Assembly (NCBI GenBank): GCA_963743625.1
Contig: CAVUQM010000018.1
Coordinates: forward strand, 856-64,855
Direction: 5' to 3'
Source: an uncultured Pseudomonadota bacterium
GTDB lineage: Bacteria > Pseudomonadota > Gammaproteobacteria > Steroidobacterales > Steroidobacteraceae
DNA: 64,000 bases
Shown here piece after piece: positions 19,616 through 30,325 of this stretch (within the stretch, counting starts at the first letter, position 1; every line of letters begins with the position of its first letter). A program made the translations under genes and the position numbers. Below the pieces are notes generated by a model. That model was not told the DNA's origin and did no database searches. It saw only the letters and a program-made list of their open reading frames with translations.

Positions 19616-20636
19616 TTGCCACCCACGCGCCCGCCGTGACGAGCATACAGGCCACAAAGAGACTCATGCTGGCCGAGGCACGTCCTGCCGGGCGGTCCAA
19701 TGCGGAGGCTACTCGTCCGATGAACTGGCCGGCGAGCTTGGCGAGCTAATCGCGGGCTCAAAAATCGGTCGATCTTCCGATGCCGACATCACGATTGCGA
19801 AGCTCGTGGGAATCGGGCGCGCAAGACCTGGTTGCCGCGGAGGTGTCGCTCTGGAAGGTGAGTAGCTATGCGCTCACGGCCGCCAATCCAGGCAACAGTG
19901 CAGGCCGGGTCGCCTCCGACCAGCCTTAAGGTGCAGGACGACTAGGGCAATCGTGGCTCAGTCGGATGCGCTACCGCGTCTGGCCGCCGCGACGGGCTAT
20001 TCAACCCGACCCCAAGGTTCGGGCTGCGGACCTATGCAATCAAGTAGTTATGTCGACTTAGCTGCTTCGCTGCGTTGGGGCGGTGGCCGCGGCGTGTCGC
20101 TGCATCTTCAGAGCAACGCTTCAGGCAGACCGGCCGCCTCGAGCTGCGCCTAAGGGTCCCGCAGCAGCCAGCAACTGCTATTCAGCACGCTGCCAGCGTT
20201 TTGCCAGAAATTTTCCAGTCAAACGGCTAGGACCGTCGCCGGTTCCGGGCGCAGGTTCGGTTCCAGTGTCGGGGTGCCGCCTGGCGCGGACGCTCTGGCC
20301 TTCCAAAAAACTGAGGAGAACTTGCATGTCGATCAGGAAATGCGGCCCTGCAATGGGTGCTGCCTTGCGAATCCACGGAAACCAGCTGGTGGCCCGGTCT
20401 CTCCAGCCGGTGACCCAGAAGAAATTCCTGATACCCTCCGATGCGACCGAGGCCCGAAACACGCCCGGAGACCCTACGTCCTGGTCTACGTCATTTGCCA
20501 CGGCGGGGCGGCCGACTCCCAATTGGTTATCTACTCCTCGCCGTGATGCTCGAGGTTCGATGTCATTGGGAGGCGCCAATGTCGACGCAGGACGGTGGAT
20601 CCAACGCTAGCGGTTTGAAGCCAGGAGGACCGTTGA

Positions 20637-22271
20637 GTGAATACGCCCTCCCTCTCGCGAGGCAAGTGGTTGGCGCCCGTGGCCTGCGTGGTGGCGACAC
20701 TCCGTGGTGTGCGGATGTGCGAAGCACCCGGCCGCCCCCGCGGCTACAAGCGCTCCGTCCGCCGCAGTGCCCGCGACGCGCGCGCAGCCGGCGGCCGACC
20801 AGGCCGCTAGCGATCGCTTCTTCGATCCCAAGGAGAACCCGGGCGCCATCATTGGAGCGCCGGTGGACCCGCGCACGCTGACCGCGTCAGGAACTGCAAT
20901 ACGGCGCTCGCGCCCAAGCGCGACCCGCGCGTGACCTACGCCCCCGATGTCATCGTGATCGAGCAGGGCGACAAAGCCATCAAGATGGCCGCCAGCGACG
21001 GCATGGCACCCGGGTGCTCGACGCCGCTGCACTACACGTCAGCGAATTCGAGGAAGGACGGATCGTGTTCGCCACGGGCCGGGCGGTCGGGCGCATCGGC
21101 CAGATGACCCGCAACGGCGCCACCGTGACCGTGAGATTCGCCCCAGTGCAGATCACCGAAGTGATCCAGGAGGGGCACTTCCTCGTCGACAGCCCCATCC
21201 GCACGCAGGACTTCGTTATCTACACCGCGCCCGACTCTCCCGTCGATCGTGAGGACCTGGGCGCACCACCGGACCAGCAGGCGATGCGCGGGGCAGCGGA
21301 GGATGAGGCGCCGCACCTGTTCCGCACGGCGTTCATTCCGACGCAAGGCGTCGCCCCTGCAATTCCTGGCCTCGGGACTCCGGTACCCGCCCCGCCTGCC
21401 GCCATCAATAGCGCCCCACCGCTTTCGCTGGGCAACAACGCCTTCAAGGTCTACCCCCTGTGGGGATCAGACGGCACGATGGGGGTCGAATACGACTACG
21501 ACGCCAAGGGCGTGCACGTGAAGGCCTCCGGCGGCCTGAAGATCGGCGCCACGCAGGATCAGTTTTGTGCTCGATATCTCCCACGGCAGCATCAAGAAGT
21601 ACGGCATGGAGCTGGGAGGTGTGGCTGGCGTCGTGTTCGGGTTCGAGGCTGCCAGCGCGCAGGATCGATTCGTCAACATCAAGATGCTTGGCGAGCTGCC
21701 GGTCGACCTGACGCTGCCCCTCGCCATCGCCGGGGTACCGCTGGCGCTCACTGTGTTCACGAAGTTCGAGCTCGACACCGGCTTCAGCGCCAAGACATCG
21801 ACGCTGTCGGCGAAGGGGGAGTACTCGCTGACGGGCACCCTGTTCGCGGGCTGGCAGGAGGGTGGTCCGCCGATCACCGCCGCTCACCAGGCAAGATGAT
21901 CCGGCAACTAGGTCAAGGGGGTCTCGGTGGGCATCAACTCACTGGCCGCCAGCTTTGGCGTGCAGCCCATGGTTGGCATCGGTGCCTTCGGCTTCAGCAC
22001 CGGCGTGTATGTCGGTATGAGCTTTGGCGGTGGCGCCTTGAAGCAAACCAGTATTACGACGGTTGACTGTCGGGCGGGCTACGTCAGTGCCGACGCATAT
22101 GCGGGCATTGGGTACAAGCTGTCGGGGCCGTTTGTGAAGTTCGTCAACACTATACTGGCGTCCTTCACCCGCTACCGCCTTCCCGACCACGGCTCTTTGA
22201 TGCACATCGGGCCCGAGCGGATCATGCACGACGACGTGGAGATACCTAATCACTGCTCTACTCCGCGTTGA
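20637..22271 (+). CDS. Hypothetical lipoprotein, fragmented over at least five ORF pieces
   Basis: AGGAGG (20623-20628) lies 8 nt before GTG 20637. There is a signal/lipobox-like ..LAPVACVVATL/VVCGCAK. Pieces 20704..20934, 21014..~21560, 21567..21899 and 21927..22271 all read as coding and are co-linear. No family recognised. Confidence 0.4.
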
Positions 22272-22477
22272 CACGACCATCCGTGGGCCGGTGCATGCTT
22301 GTCAGTGGCGTGATCGCGGCTTAGCTCGCGCGGCGGTGGAGGTCTGCCACTGCGAGGGCCAACTGGCCGGCGACGGCCCTTAGGCAGACCCATCCCGTGT
22401 GAGCCCGAAACATCCTCGGGGAAAGGCCATGCATTTCGCCCTTGCTTCTGACCTCGATCTGATAAATACTGAACCAT

Positions 22478-22844
22478 ATGGTGCAGTATAGGCAAAGCCG
22501 CTTCGACGACTCGTTCGGCGCGCTCTCGGATCCGACCCGTCGGGGCGTCCTGGGAGCAGCTGTGCCGGGCGGACGCTTCTATAACGGAGCTTGCCGGGAA
22601 GTTTGCGCATGACCCTTACGGGCATGAAGAAGCACGTGGGCGTCCTGGAGCAGGCGGGGCTGGTCACCACGCAGAAGGTTGGGCGTGTGAGACGTGCAAG
22701 CTCGGCCTGCGCCGCCTTGAGGAAAAGGCCGCCTGGATTAATACGTACCGGCAGCTCTGGGCCGCTCGCTTCGACGAGCTGGACACGGTTGTCGAGGAAC
22801 TGACACGAAAGGAACAGGGCGATGGACGCAACAGTAAAAAGTGA
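22478..22844 (+). CDS. ArsR/SmtB-family transcriptional regulator (two apparent frameshifts)
   Basis: Hand-joined frames give MVQYRQSRFDDSFGALSDPTRRGVLEQLCRADASITELAGKFAMTLTGMKKHVGVLEQAGLVTTQKVGRVRTCKL.., the ArsR wHTH pattern that usually precedes an SRPBCC gene. Confidence 0.6.
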
Positions 22845-23338
22845 GTCAACCCAAATGAACAATCGCACGACGGTGGAACGGAAGAGTGAGCGCGTGATCG
22901 TCACGCGAAACTTCAACGCCCCCGCGCGCCTCGTGTTCGAGGCGTGGACCAAGCCCGAGCTGCTCAGGCGGTGGTGGACACCTAAGTCGATGGACATGTC
23001 CTTCGTTTCCTGCGAGGCAGATGTTCGCGTCGGAGGCAGGTACCGCTTCGAGATCAGTCACCAAGGGTCGAAGCCCATGGCCTTCTTCGGTACGTACACC
23101 GAGGTGATACCGCACTCACGCCTTGTCTGGACTAACGAGGAAAGTGACGCCGGTGTCATCACCACGGTGACTTTCGAGGAGAAGGGCGGCAAGACGCTGC
23201 TGGTCATGCAGGAACGCTATCCCTCGAAGGAAGCCCTCGACATTGCCGGGCCCGGGATGGAGAGGCGCGATGCCTGAGACGTTCGAGCAACTGGACGAGC
23301 TGCTCGTCACCTTGGGCGCGAGCGTGGGACGGTCATGA
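22822..23338 (+). CDS. SRPBCC / AHSA1-like (activator of Hsp90 ATPase homolog) domain protein
   Basis: RNFNAPARLVFEAWTKPELLRRWWTPK..GGRYRFEI..FFGTYTEVIPHSRLVWT pattern. The listed ORF ends at 23277, but the next frame continues MPETFEQLDELLVTLGASVGRS to the stop at 23336-23338. Confidence 0.75.
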
Positions 23339-23477
23339 AATGACCATTTTCAGGGCGGCATCTAGCTCCTACCATCCGCCGTTCGAACTACGTCGATGCT
23401 GGTTTGCATTTGGCGTAGGAGCACGCTTAGGTTACGACTTTGCCGCCCTATCACCGCCCCAATCAAGGAGAACGAAC

Positions 23478-23855
23478 ATGGGAAAGCTCGCCTATTGCAC
23501 GGTAGGTTCCAACAATCTGGAGAAGGCAAAGGCCTTCTATGATGCGCTGCTGGGATCAATTGGCATGCGCGGGGTATTTGAGCACCCCTCCGGCGGGCGG
23601 GTATACGGCGGCGAGGGGGTAGCAAATTTCGCGGTATTGGGAACATTCGATGGCAGACCCGCCACCGCGGGCAACGGCTCGATGTTTGCCTTCAGTTTCG
23701 ATTCTGCCAAGGAAGTGGATGCATTTCACTCCAAGGCGCTCGCTCTGGGTGGCACGGACGAGGGCGCCCCTGGAGAGCGCGCGCCGAAAATGTACTTCTC
23801 GTACGTTCGTGACCTGGACGGAAACAAGCTTTGCGCGTTCTCAATGGGCGGATAG
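23478..23855 (+). CDS. VOC family protein
   Basis: AAGGAG lies upstream of ATG 23478. MGKLAYCTVGSNNLEKAKAFYDALLG..MYFSYVRDLDGNKLCAF is the glyoxalase-fold pattern. Confidence 0.7.
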   Translation: MGKLAYCTVGSNNLEKAKAFYDALLGSIGMRGVFEHPSGGRVYGGEGVANFAVLGTFDGRPATAGNGSMFAFSFDSAKEVDAFHSKALALGGTDEGAPGERAPKMYFSYVRDLDGNKLCAFSMGG

Positions 23856-23937
23856 CGACAATCGGCGGCGGCTATCTGGGCCGGCTCAGGGACGAGGCGC
23901 TGCATAGCTGAGTTGGTCGGCACCGGGGCGGTCAGGG

Positions 23938-24597
23938 TCACGACGGCCGTCGATGAGCAGACGGACTCGGATGAAGCTCAAGAAGGGCAGCTACGGCATT
24001 GAGAGAGCGAGCCGCACTGTCCCGCGGGCTCGGACGCTCTGCGACACCGAGCAGCAGGTTGATCATTAGGGTTCCCCACAGAAGTCCGCTGAACTGCTCG
24101 GCCAGCTCCGTCGAACGCCCGGTCAGCAGATCGTTTTCCAGAGCCCGATCCATGATCTGACGTAGGGCGGTGCGGCTTGCCTCGCGTCCGATTGAGTCAA
24201 GTGCCTGCGCTACCTCGGGTGCGTGGGTTGCCTCGGCGATGGCCAGCCGGTACACCGCGATGACGGTGGGATCGGTTATTTCGCGCACCAGGTGCGCGCC
24301 GAAAGATGTGAGTAGCTGAGCGAGAGCCTGGCGATCAGTCGGTATCGGAAGATCAGTCGGCACTTCGAAGCGCTTGGCACGCCTGCTGATGCAGGCGACT
24401 AGCATCTCCTGCTTGTTGCCGACCAGGGCGTACAACTCGCGCTTCGACGCGCGCGCGCGCGTAGCGATCTCAAGCGTGCTGCTGGCCGCGTATCCGTTCT
24501 TCATGAACGTGGCGAATGCCGCGTCAAGAATGCGCGCGCGTAGCTCAGATTCGGAGTCGTTTTCCTGTCGCTTAGCCCGTGCTGCCGTGCTCATCAT
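23938..24597 (-). CDS. TetR/AcrR-family transcriptional regulator
   Basis: LRARILDAAFATFMKNGYAASSTLEIATRARASKRELYALVGNKQEML is the canonical TetR N-terminal HTH. Confidence 0.85.
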   Translation of the reverse strand: MMSTAARAKRQENDSESELRARILDAAFATFMKNGYAASSTLEIATRARASKRELYALVGNKQEMLVACISRRAKRFEVPTDLPIPTDRQALAQLLTSFGAHLVREITDPTVIAVYRLAIAEATHAPEVAQALDSIGREASRTALRQIMDRALENDLLTGRSTELAEQFSGLLWGTLMINLLLGVAERPSPRDSAARSLNAVAALLELHPSPSAHRRPS

Positions 24598-24613
24598 TGC
24601 TCCGCTTGACTAT

Positions 24614-24665
24614 TGGTACCGTATGGTACCACAATCCTCCTCCAACTGGTACCAAGCGGTACCAG
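24614..24665. promoter_or_regulatory. Two inverted-repeat operators in the tetR / membrane-gene divergent region
   Basis: TGGTACC-gtat-GGTACCA (24614-24631) and CTGGTACC-aagc-GGTACCAG (24646-24665). There are four GGTACC hexamers at 24615, 24625, 24648 and 24658. TTGACT at 24606-24611 and CACAAT at 24630-24635 form a possible promoter for the + gene that overlaps operator 1. Confidence 0.6.
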
Positions 24666-24688
24666 CATTTATCTGACAAGGAGCGATC

Positions 24689-25219
24689 ATGGTGCCGCAA
24701 CTCTGCTTTTTCCTCAGTGTCGCGCTGGGTTTCGTGGCCTGGAGCATCGTTGCGAAGCGCTACGTGTGGCCAAGGCTGCGTGCGTTGCCGCGCGTAGATG
24801 CGCTGCGCCCGATTCTTATATTGCACAGCTTCCGATTCCTTGGGCTGGCGTTTCTGATCCCGGGTGTCGTGTCGCCTGACCTGCCGGCTGGGTTTGCGCG
24901 CCCTGACGCCTACGGGGACATTGTTGCGGCGCTGCTGGCGTTGCTTTCGCTGGCGTTGTTGAACCGGCGGGCCGGCGTGCCGCTCGTCTGGGTCTTCAAT
25001 CTCTGGGGTTCCGCGGACCTGTTGCTGGCGTTCTACCACGGCAACGCTGTCGGCCTCATTCCGGGGCAGCTGGGAGCGGCGTACTTCATCCCGACGCTCT
25101 TCGTTCCGCTACTCCTGATCACTCATGTGCTGGCGTTCCGGATTCTTTTTAGTTCCCAGGGCGCACCCGAGGCGCGGAACAGCTGGCAGCGGGGTGCGGC
25201 TACCAACGCTGCCAAATGA
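24689..25219 (+). CDS. Membrane protein of unknown function (likely TetR-controlled)
   Basis: GGAG lies before ATG 24689. Four to five TM segments. Divergent from the TetR gene across a 91-nt operator-containing spacer. Confidence 0.6.
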   Translation: MVPQLCFFLSVALGFVAWSIVAKRYVWPRLRALPRVDALRPILILHSFRFLGLAFLIPGVVSPDLPAGFARPDAYGDIVAALLALLSLALLNRRAGVPLVWVFNLWGSADLLLAFYHGNAVGLIPGQLGAAYFIPTLFVPLLLITHVLAFRILFSSQGAPEARNSWQRGAATNAAK

Positions 25220-25245
25220 CGGTCTCGCGGGTGGGGGGAGCGGTG

Positions 25246-25268
25246 CCAACGGAACCGCAATCCGTTGG
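25246..25268 (+). repeat. REP-like palindromic element copy (CCAACGGA-accgcaa-TCCGTTGG)
   Basis: Perfect 8-bp arms, 27 nt after the stop at 25219. Confidence 0.7.
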
Positions 25269-25384
25269 TTTCGGCGTAAACGCGCCGCGTTTCCCCCATG
25301 GGAGGAGGGCGACCTCGCCTGCGCGGCGCAGATTTGGTGCAGGGCGGACACAACATACGTAGAGAGGCAGTTTATAGTGTGCAT

Positions 25385-27537
25385 ATGAAGACTCGGCGCT
25401 ACGTTTTGGGGATGCTCGGGGGAAGTGTGCCCGCGTGGGCGACGACTTCTCTGCCGCTATCAGCCTTATCTGCCTTGGTCGCGGTGGACGATCCCAACGT
25501 CAAGGTCACCGAAAATCTGTGGATTGTGATGTCCGACGGGACGCGGCTGGCCGCGCGGCTGTTCCTGCCGGCTACGGCGCAGGCACGACCGGCCGGCGTC
25601 GTGCTTGAGTATCTTCCCTACCGCAAGCGTGACAGCTATCGCTATCGGGACGACGTGGCCGGGCCGTTTCTGGCCAAGGCGGGCATCGCGCTGATCCGGG
25701 TCGACATCCGTGGGACCGGAGATTCCGACGGCGCCATGGCGGATGAGTATTCCGACCAGGAGCAGGCCGATGCACTGGCAGTCATCGATTGGATCTCCCG
25801 GCAGCCTTGGTGCAATGGCAAGGTCGGGATGCGCGGCATTTCCTACGGCGCGTTCGCCGCGCTGCAGGCCGCCGCGAAGGCGCCTCCGGCCCTCGTGGCG
25901 ATCGTTTCGACCTGCGGCACCGAGCAACGGTACCTGGATGACATCCACTACAAGGGCGGATGCCTGATCAACGACCAGTTTGTCTGGGCCATGGAATGGC
26001 AGGTCATCATGCGCGCACCACCGGACCCGCGCATCGTGGGCACAGCGCGGTGGCGTGCGCTGTGGCGCCAGCGTCTCGACGCGACCGCCCCCATGACCAT
26101 CCTCTGGAACGAACACCAGACACTGGATGACAAATGGAGCGATGCCTCAACCCAGGACTACAGCCGCATCCGCTGCGCGATCTACAACATCGGCGGCATG
26201 CTCGATCCCTACGTACCCTCGGTGACCCGCATGATGGAGCGGGCCCCGCAGGTCGAGCAGAAGGCACTCATCGGACCCTGGACCCATAAGTGGCCAGGCT
26301 ATCCACAACCGGACGGTCACTCAGGCAAGCCCACCGATGCGGCCAACGGCGTGCCAGGTCCGGGCGTGGACTGGCTACCGGTCGAAGCCGCTGGTGGCGC
26401 CACTGGCTGCTCGGGGAAGCCAACGGCATCATGGAAGAGCCGCGCTTCTGGGCCTTCCGCGAAGACAAGCCCGCCGGCGTGCGCTTCCCACACGATACTG
26501 ACGGGGCCTGGATCTCCGAAGCCAGGTGGCCCAGTGCCGACATTGGCTATCAGAAACTATTTCTGAATGGCGACGGCCTCAAGAGCGTGGCCGGCGCGCA
26601 GGTGCTGCTCCGGCACGCTACGGACCTGACGGTAGGGTTCGCCAACCGGTGGGCTGCAACCTCCGGAGACCCGACGACCTGGTGGCGTGACCAAGCGGCG
26701 GATGATGCGCGCTGCTTGCGCTTTGACTCGGCACCGCTCGAGGCGGCTCTGGATGTCGTGGGTGAGCCTCTCTTCACCCTCAGGGTGCGGGCAAACAAGC
26801 CGGTCGCAAAGCTATGCGTGCGCCTGACCGAGGTCACCCCTGACGGGCGCTCAAACTTTCTGAGCTACGGGCTCCTGAACCTGACCCACCGCGACAGCGA
26901 CGTGGAACCCACGCCGCTCGTTCCTGATACCGACTACGACATACAGATCAAAGCGCACTTCTGCTGCTACCGCATTGCGCCCGGCAGCCGTATCCGCGTG
27001 GCGCTCAGTGAAACCTGGTGGCCCGTCGTATGGCCCTCCCCGGAACCGGTGGTACTGCAGGTGACCGCAGGCGCCTCGCACCTGGAGCTGCCGGTCCGGC
27101 CTACGCGCGATGGCGAAACGCCGCCGTTCGAGATCTATCGCGAGCGCTACGCCGGTGCGGCTGCCGCGCCGGCTCCCTACGCAGACCCGCTGGCGGGCGT
27201 TCAGGTCACCGGCGAGCCCGGTCACCGTACTTTCACCCTGGTCGAGGGCACGCTCGACCCGCAGGGGGAGAAGATTCCCGGCGTGGGCACCGTGTATCGC
27301 GAGGCGTATCGCCTGCGCCGCTCAATTCGTGAGGATGATCCGAATTCTGCGCAGATGGAGGCGGAGGCCATCAACACCTACGAGCGCGGTGAATGGCGAA
27401 TCCGGTTGCGGGCGCACAGCCTGTGCCGCTCGACCCCCACGCATTTCATCTGCTCAGAGACCTTCGAGGCGTGGGACGGTTCGCGCGTGGTGTACTCGCG
27501 TACCTGGAACAAGAAGATAGCGCGTCGCCTGGTGTGA
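25385..27537 (+). CDS. CocE/NonD-family hydrolase (X-Pro dipeptidyl-peptidase S15 fold), one apparent frameshift
   Basis: Tat-like MKTRRYVLGMLGG. VMSDGTRLAARLFLP, VLEYLPYRKRD, GKVGMRGISYGAF (nucleophile elbow). ORFs 25298..26566 and 26290..27537 join as ..VDWLPVEA-RWWRHWLLGEANG.. if CC at 26388-26389 is really CCC. Confidence 0.8.
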
Positions 27538-27576
27538 GATGAGCGTCGACTGATTCACAGCGGCGGACGGTGGCAC

Positions 27577-29469
27577 TCACTCGAAGTGGAACAGGTCGAA
27601 CAGGTCGCCGATCGCCGGCATGTTGCCCGGTACGTAGGGCGTCGGTCCGCCGGGTTGCGGATCGGGAAGGTTATCGCGGCTGCGAGTGCTAAGCGTCTCG
27701 CCTAGTTCCCAGTTGCGCTCGACAAACTTCACGAAGGATGAATGTTCGGCGTACACGTGGCTGACGTGGCCGCCGGTGGCGAACGGCGACACGGCAACCA
27801 GCGGAATGCGCGGGCCGGTGCCGAAGAAGTCGACCGGCTGAATGAAGCCTGAGTCGTAGAAGCCCCCGCCCTCGTCTACCGTTATGAGAATGGCGGTCCG
27901 CGACCACTGCGCCGGATTGCTCTGCGCCAGCGTGACGATGTTCTTGATGAAGGCCTCGAACAGCGTCCATTTCGAGCTGTGCGGATGCCCGTCGAGCAAT
28001 TCGTCGGGCTTGACGTACGCGACCGCCGGCAGCGTCCCGTTCTTGAGGTCGGTGAACAGATCAAGCACGTCGCGCATGTGATCGGCGATCAGGGACGGGT
28101 AGCTCGCCTCGAATTCGAACGGGTTGCAGATGGTGCAGAAGTAGCCGTCAAACGGGCCGCCCGTGCCCTCGGCGTCGAAGGCGCCGCCGTAGTACCTCCA
28201 GGGGATGTTGTGCGCGTCCAGCAGGTCGCCGATGCTCCTTTGCATCGTCGGCGGCATCGTGAGCCCCCCGGTGGCCGCGCCCTTGGGCGTCAGCGCCGGA
28301 GGGATATTGACCACCGGCCAGTACTGCCCGGGCCCGCAGTGCGGATCCACGGCATAGGGCAGCGCCTTCAGGTAGTCGAGAATCGGCGCCACGCCAGGCT
28401 GAGTCGGGTCCGAGCAGTTCACCCACTCGGCCGAGCGCGAATAGAGGTTGAGAGTCCCGGGCTGCGGATCGGGATTGAAGATGTCGATCGCGGGCGGCGT
28501 CGCGACGTGTCCGGCGCCGTCGCTGTAGAAGATCTGATCGGCGAAAGCAAGCGGCATGCTGTCCGGGCCGGTGCCACCCATGACCGGCTGGTGGTAGTTG
28601 TCGCTGATCGTGTACTCGTCGGCCAACGACTTGAAGAGCGGCGCATCACCCTGCTGCATGTTGAAGAACGCCATGGTCTGACCGGTATCATGCGGAGTGC
28701 TGCCGGGCGGCGTGTCGTACGTCGTCGTGACGGCGGACTGCAGGTCGTGCAGGCAACCGGTGGGATTTGACGCTGAAATGTGCTCGGCATCGACGGCGCA
28801 GTCGACCTGCTGCCACATCTGGAAGAACTGGTGGATGGTGTCGGCAGTGAAGGCGTCGAAGGGCATGTGGGGGCCGGTCAGCTGGAACGGTCCGGGCGGC
28901 AGCGTCATGACGTTGCTGATGCGCGTGTCCGGGCCGAGCGTAAAGCTCAGCCCCGTACCACCGGTGCCAAACAGATACTGATCCTCGGGTGGCAGCTCCG
29001 GATCCCCGCCTGGAATATTCAGGATGTTGGCGTCGGAGGAGACTGCCGGTACGTCGCCGACATCGGGCGGCGGCAGAGTGGCGTAAAGGTTCTTGTCCTT
29101 GAGGTCGGCGCTGCTGAAGTACTTGCCGCCGTTGGGTGCCGAGGTGATCCGGTATTGATACGCCTGCGCAAAGTTTGGCCCCGGCGTGCCGTCGGCGTTT
29201 ACGATGCGCTGCGACAGCAGGTTAAGTACGCTCTCCCCCGCAGTCTTCGGCACGTAGGTCGCGAAGATATGGTCGAAGCCGCGGTTCTCGCCGACGATGA
29301 TGATCACGTGTTTGATGGGTGTGGCGGTCTTGAGGGCAACCACCGCTGCGCCGGGATCGGTCGGCGGAGGAGGCATTGTGGCAGACGGCGACGAGCCGCC
29401 GCCGCAGCCCGCGCAGAGCGCGAAGAGCGCCATCGTCGGAAATGCATGGAGATTCAGTCGCCGTTCCAT
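27577..29469 (-). CDS. Phosphoesterase-family lipoprotein (PF04185; phospholipase C / acid phosphatase AcpA-like)
   Basis: ATG 29469 gives MERRLNLHAFPTMALFALCAGCGG (lipobox). IKHVIIIVGENRGFDHIFATYVP is the family signature. The 2-kb ORF is intact. Confidence 0.8.
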   Translation of the reverse strand: MERRLNLHAFPTMALFALCAGCGGGSSPSATMPPPPTDPGAAVVALKTATPIKHVIIIVGENRGFDHIFATYVPKTAGESVLNLLSQRIVNADGTPGPNFAQAYQYRITSAPNGGKYFSSADLKDKNLYATLPPPDVGDVPAVSSDANILNIPGGDPELPPEDQYLFGTGGTGLSFTLGPDTRISNVMTLPPGPFQLTGPHMPFDAFTADTIHQFFQMWQQVDCAVDAEHISASNPTGCLHDLQSAVTTTYDTPPGSTPHDTGQTMAFFNMQQGDAPLFKSLADEYTISDNYHQPVMGGTGPDSMPLAFADQIFYSDGAGHVATPPAIDIFNPDPQPGTLNLYSRSAEWVNCSDPTQPGVAPILDYLKALPYAVDPHCGPGQYWPVVNIPPALTPKGAATGGLTMPPTMQRSIGDLLDAHNIPWRYYGGAFDAEGTGGPFDGYFCTICNPFEFEASYPSLIADHMRDVLDLFTDLKNGTLPAVAYVKPDELLDGHPHSSKWTLFEAFIKNIVTLAQSNPAQWSRTAILITVDEGGGFYDSGFIQPVDFFGTGPRIPLVAVSPFATGGHVSHVYAEHSSFVKFVERNWELGETLSTRSRDNLPDPQPGGPTPYVPGNMPAIGDLFDLFHFE

Positions 29470-29841
29470 GTCGGCGTGCATCCCTGGGTGGAGCAATCGG
29501 TGTTCACGTCTGCCGGTTTGCGCGCGACTCCCTCTGGAGCGGCAGTCATTAGGCGCGCGCACCGCTGCCGTGTCAAAGGCCCGCGACTCCCGCCGTTCGC
29601 ACGCGTCCTGTACCGTCACGCTCGGCCAGCCAGTCCACCTGGTATCTGCAACGACGCGCGGGTCCTGAAGAATGCCGAGAGCAGCAGTCCGAGCTGCCGC
29701 TCGTCGCGTCCCAGCTTACGGATGAGGGGTATAGTGTGTTCCGCGCCCAATTCGTCTCACTCGAACGGATGCACTTCGACGCACTCAAACGCCTGCTCGA
29801 CTGGTCGGCGGCGCTCCGCGGTCCCAATAGTTAAGGAACGA

Positions 29842-29864
29842 TCGACGGACTCGCAATCCGTCGA
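29842..29864 (+). repeat. REP-like element variant (TCGACGGA-ctcgcaa-TCCGTCGA)
   Basis: Perfect 8-bp arms. It shares the GCAATCCGT core with compensating changes in both arms. Confidence 0.6.
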
Positions 29865-30003
29865 CGCACTGCGCAATGCACTTAGAAAGCCGTGATCCGC
29901 GAGACCGACGTCATCTGTTCGGGCAAGCTTAGTGCACTGCCTGGGCGCCACAATCTGCATGCAGCGCCCGGCGCTGCAGGTCGCTGGAGGTCCCTGGACT
30001 ACT

Positions 30004-30020
30004 GTATCGCTATGCGATAC
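30004..30020. promoter_or_regulatory. Candidate HigA operator (GTATCGC-tat-GCGATAC)
   Basis: Perfect 17-nt palindrome ending 10 nt before the higB ATG at 30031. Confidence 0.5.
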
Positions 30021-30030
30021 ACTATGCTCC

Positions 30031-30312
30031 ATGCCCATCCGCAGTTTCCGGCACGATGGTCTGGAAAGATTTTTCCGCACCAAGAGTAAGGCGGGGATCC
30101 AGCCCAAGCATGCGCAGAGACTGAACCTCCAGCTAGGTAGGCTGGATGCTTCGATCCAGCCTCTCGATATGAATCTTCCCGGCTGGTACTGGCACCCTCT
30201 CACGGGCAAGGACGCGGGCCGCTGGTCGGTGAGGGTGAATGGGAATTGGCGCGTCACTTTCACATTTGAGGGCCGGGATGCTGCCCAAGTGGATTACGAG
30301 GACTACCATTGA
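30031..30312 (+). CDS. higB: HigB-type toxin (plasmid maintenance system killer, RelE/ParE superfamily)
   Basis: MPIRSFRHDGLERFFRTKSKAGIQPKHAQRLNLQLGRLDAS..DMNLPGWYWHPLTGKDAGRWSVRVNGNWRVTFTFEG.DAAQVDYEDYH matches the HigB family nearly position for position. Confidence 0.85.
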   Translation: MPIRSFRHDGLERFFRTKSKAGIQPKHAQRLNLQLGRLDASIQPLDMNLPGWYWHPLTGKDAGRWSVRVNGNWRVTFTFEGRDAAQVDYEDYH

Positions 30313-30325
30313 GCGGAGTCACATT

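Noticed and set aside
19722-19866. Short reading frame ELGELIAGSKIGRSSDADITIAKLVGIG..AQDLVAAEV resembling the C-terminus of ornithine cyclodeaminase/mu-crystallin proteins
   Set aside because: Only about 45 residues are visible, a frame correction is needed, and no upstream Rossmann part was found. It is too short to call; it may be a gene remnant.
19944-20020. GGCTCAGTCGG, a tRNA D-loop-like string downstream of a GGGCAAT possible acceptor start
   Set aside because: The D-stem does not pair, there is no T-arm, and there is no complementary 3-prime acceptor strand. At most it is a very degraded tRNA remnant, which cannot be supported.
20178-20579. 133-aa minus-strand ORF (..NFFWVTGWRDRATSWFPWIRKAAPIAGPHFLIDMQV..)
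   Set aside because: Codon pattern is plausible, but there is no recognisable family or RBS, and there are overlapping alternative ORFs on the + strand. Left uncalled.
27979-29895. 263-aa and 371-aa + strand ORFs opposite the phosphoesterase gene
   Set aside because: Shadow ORFs. The minus strand carries the VGENRGFDH signature and a lipoprotein signal.
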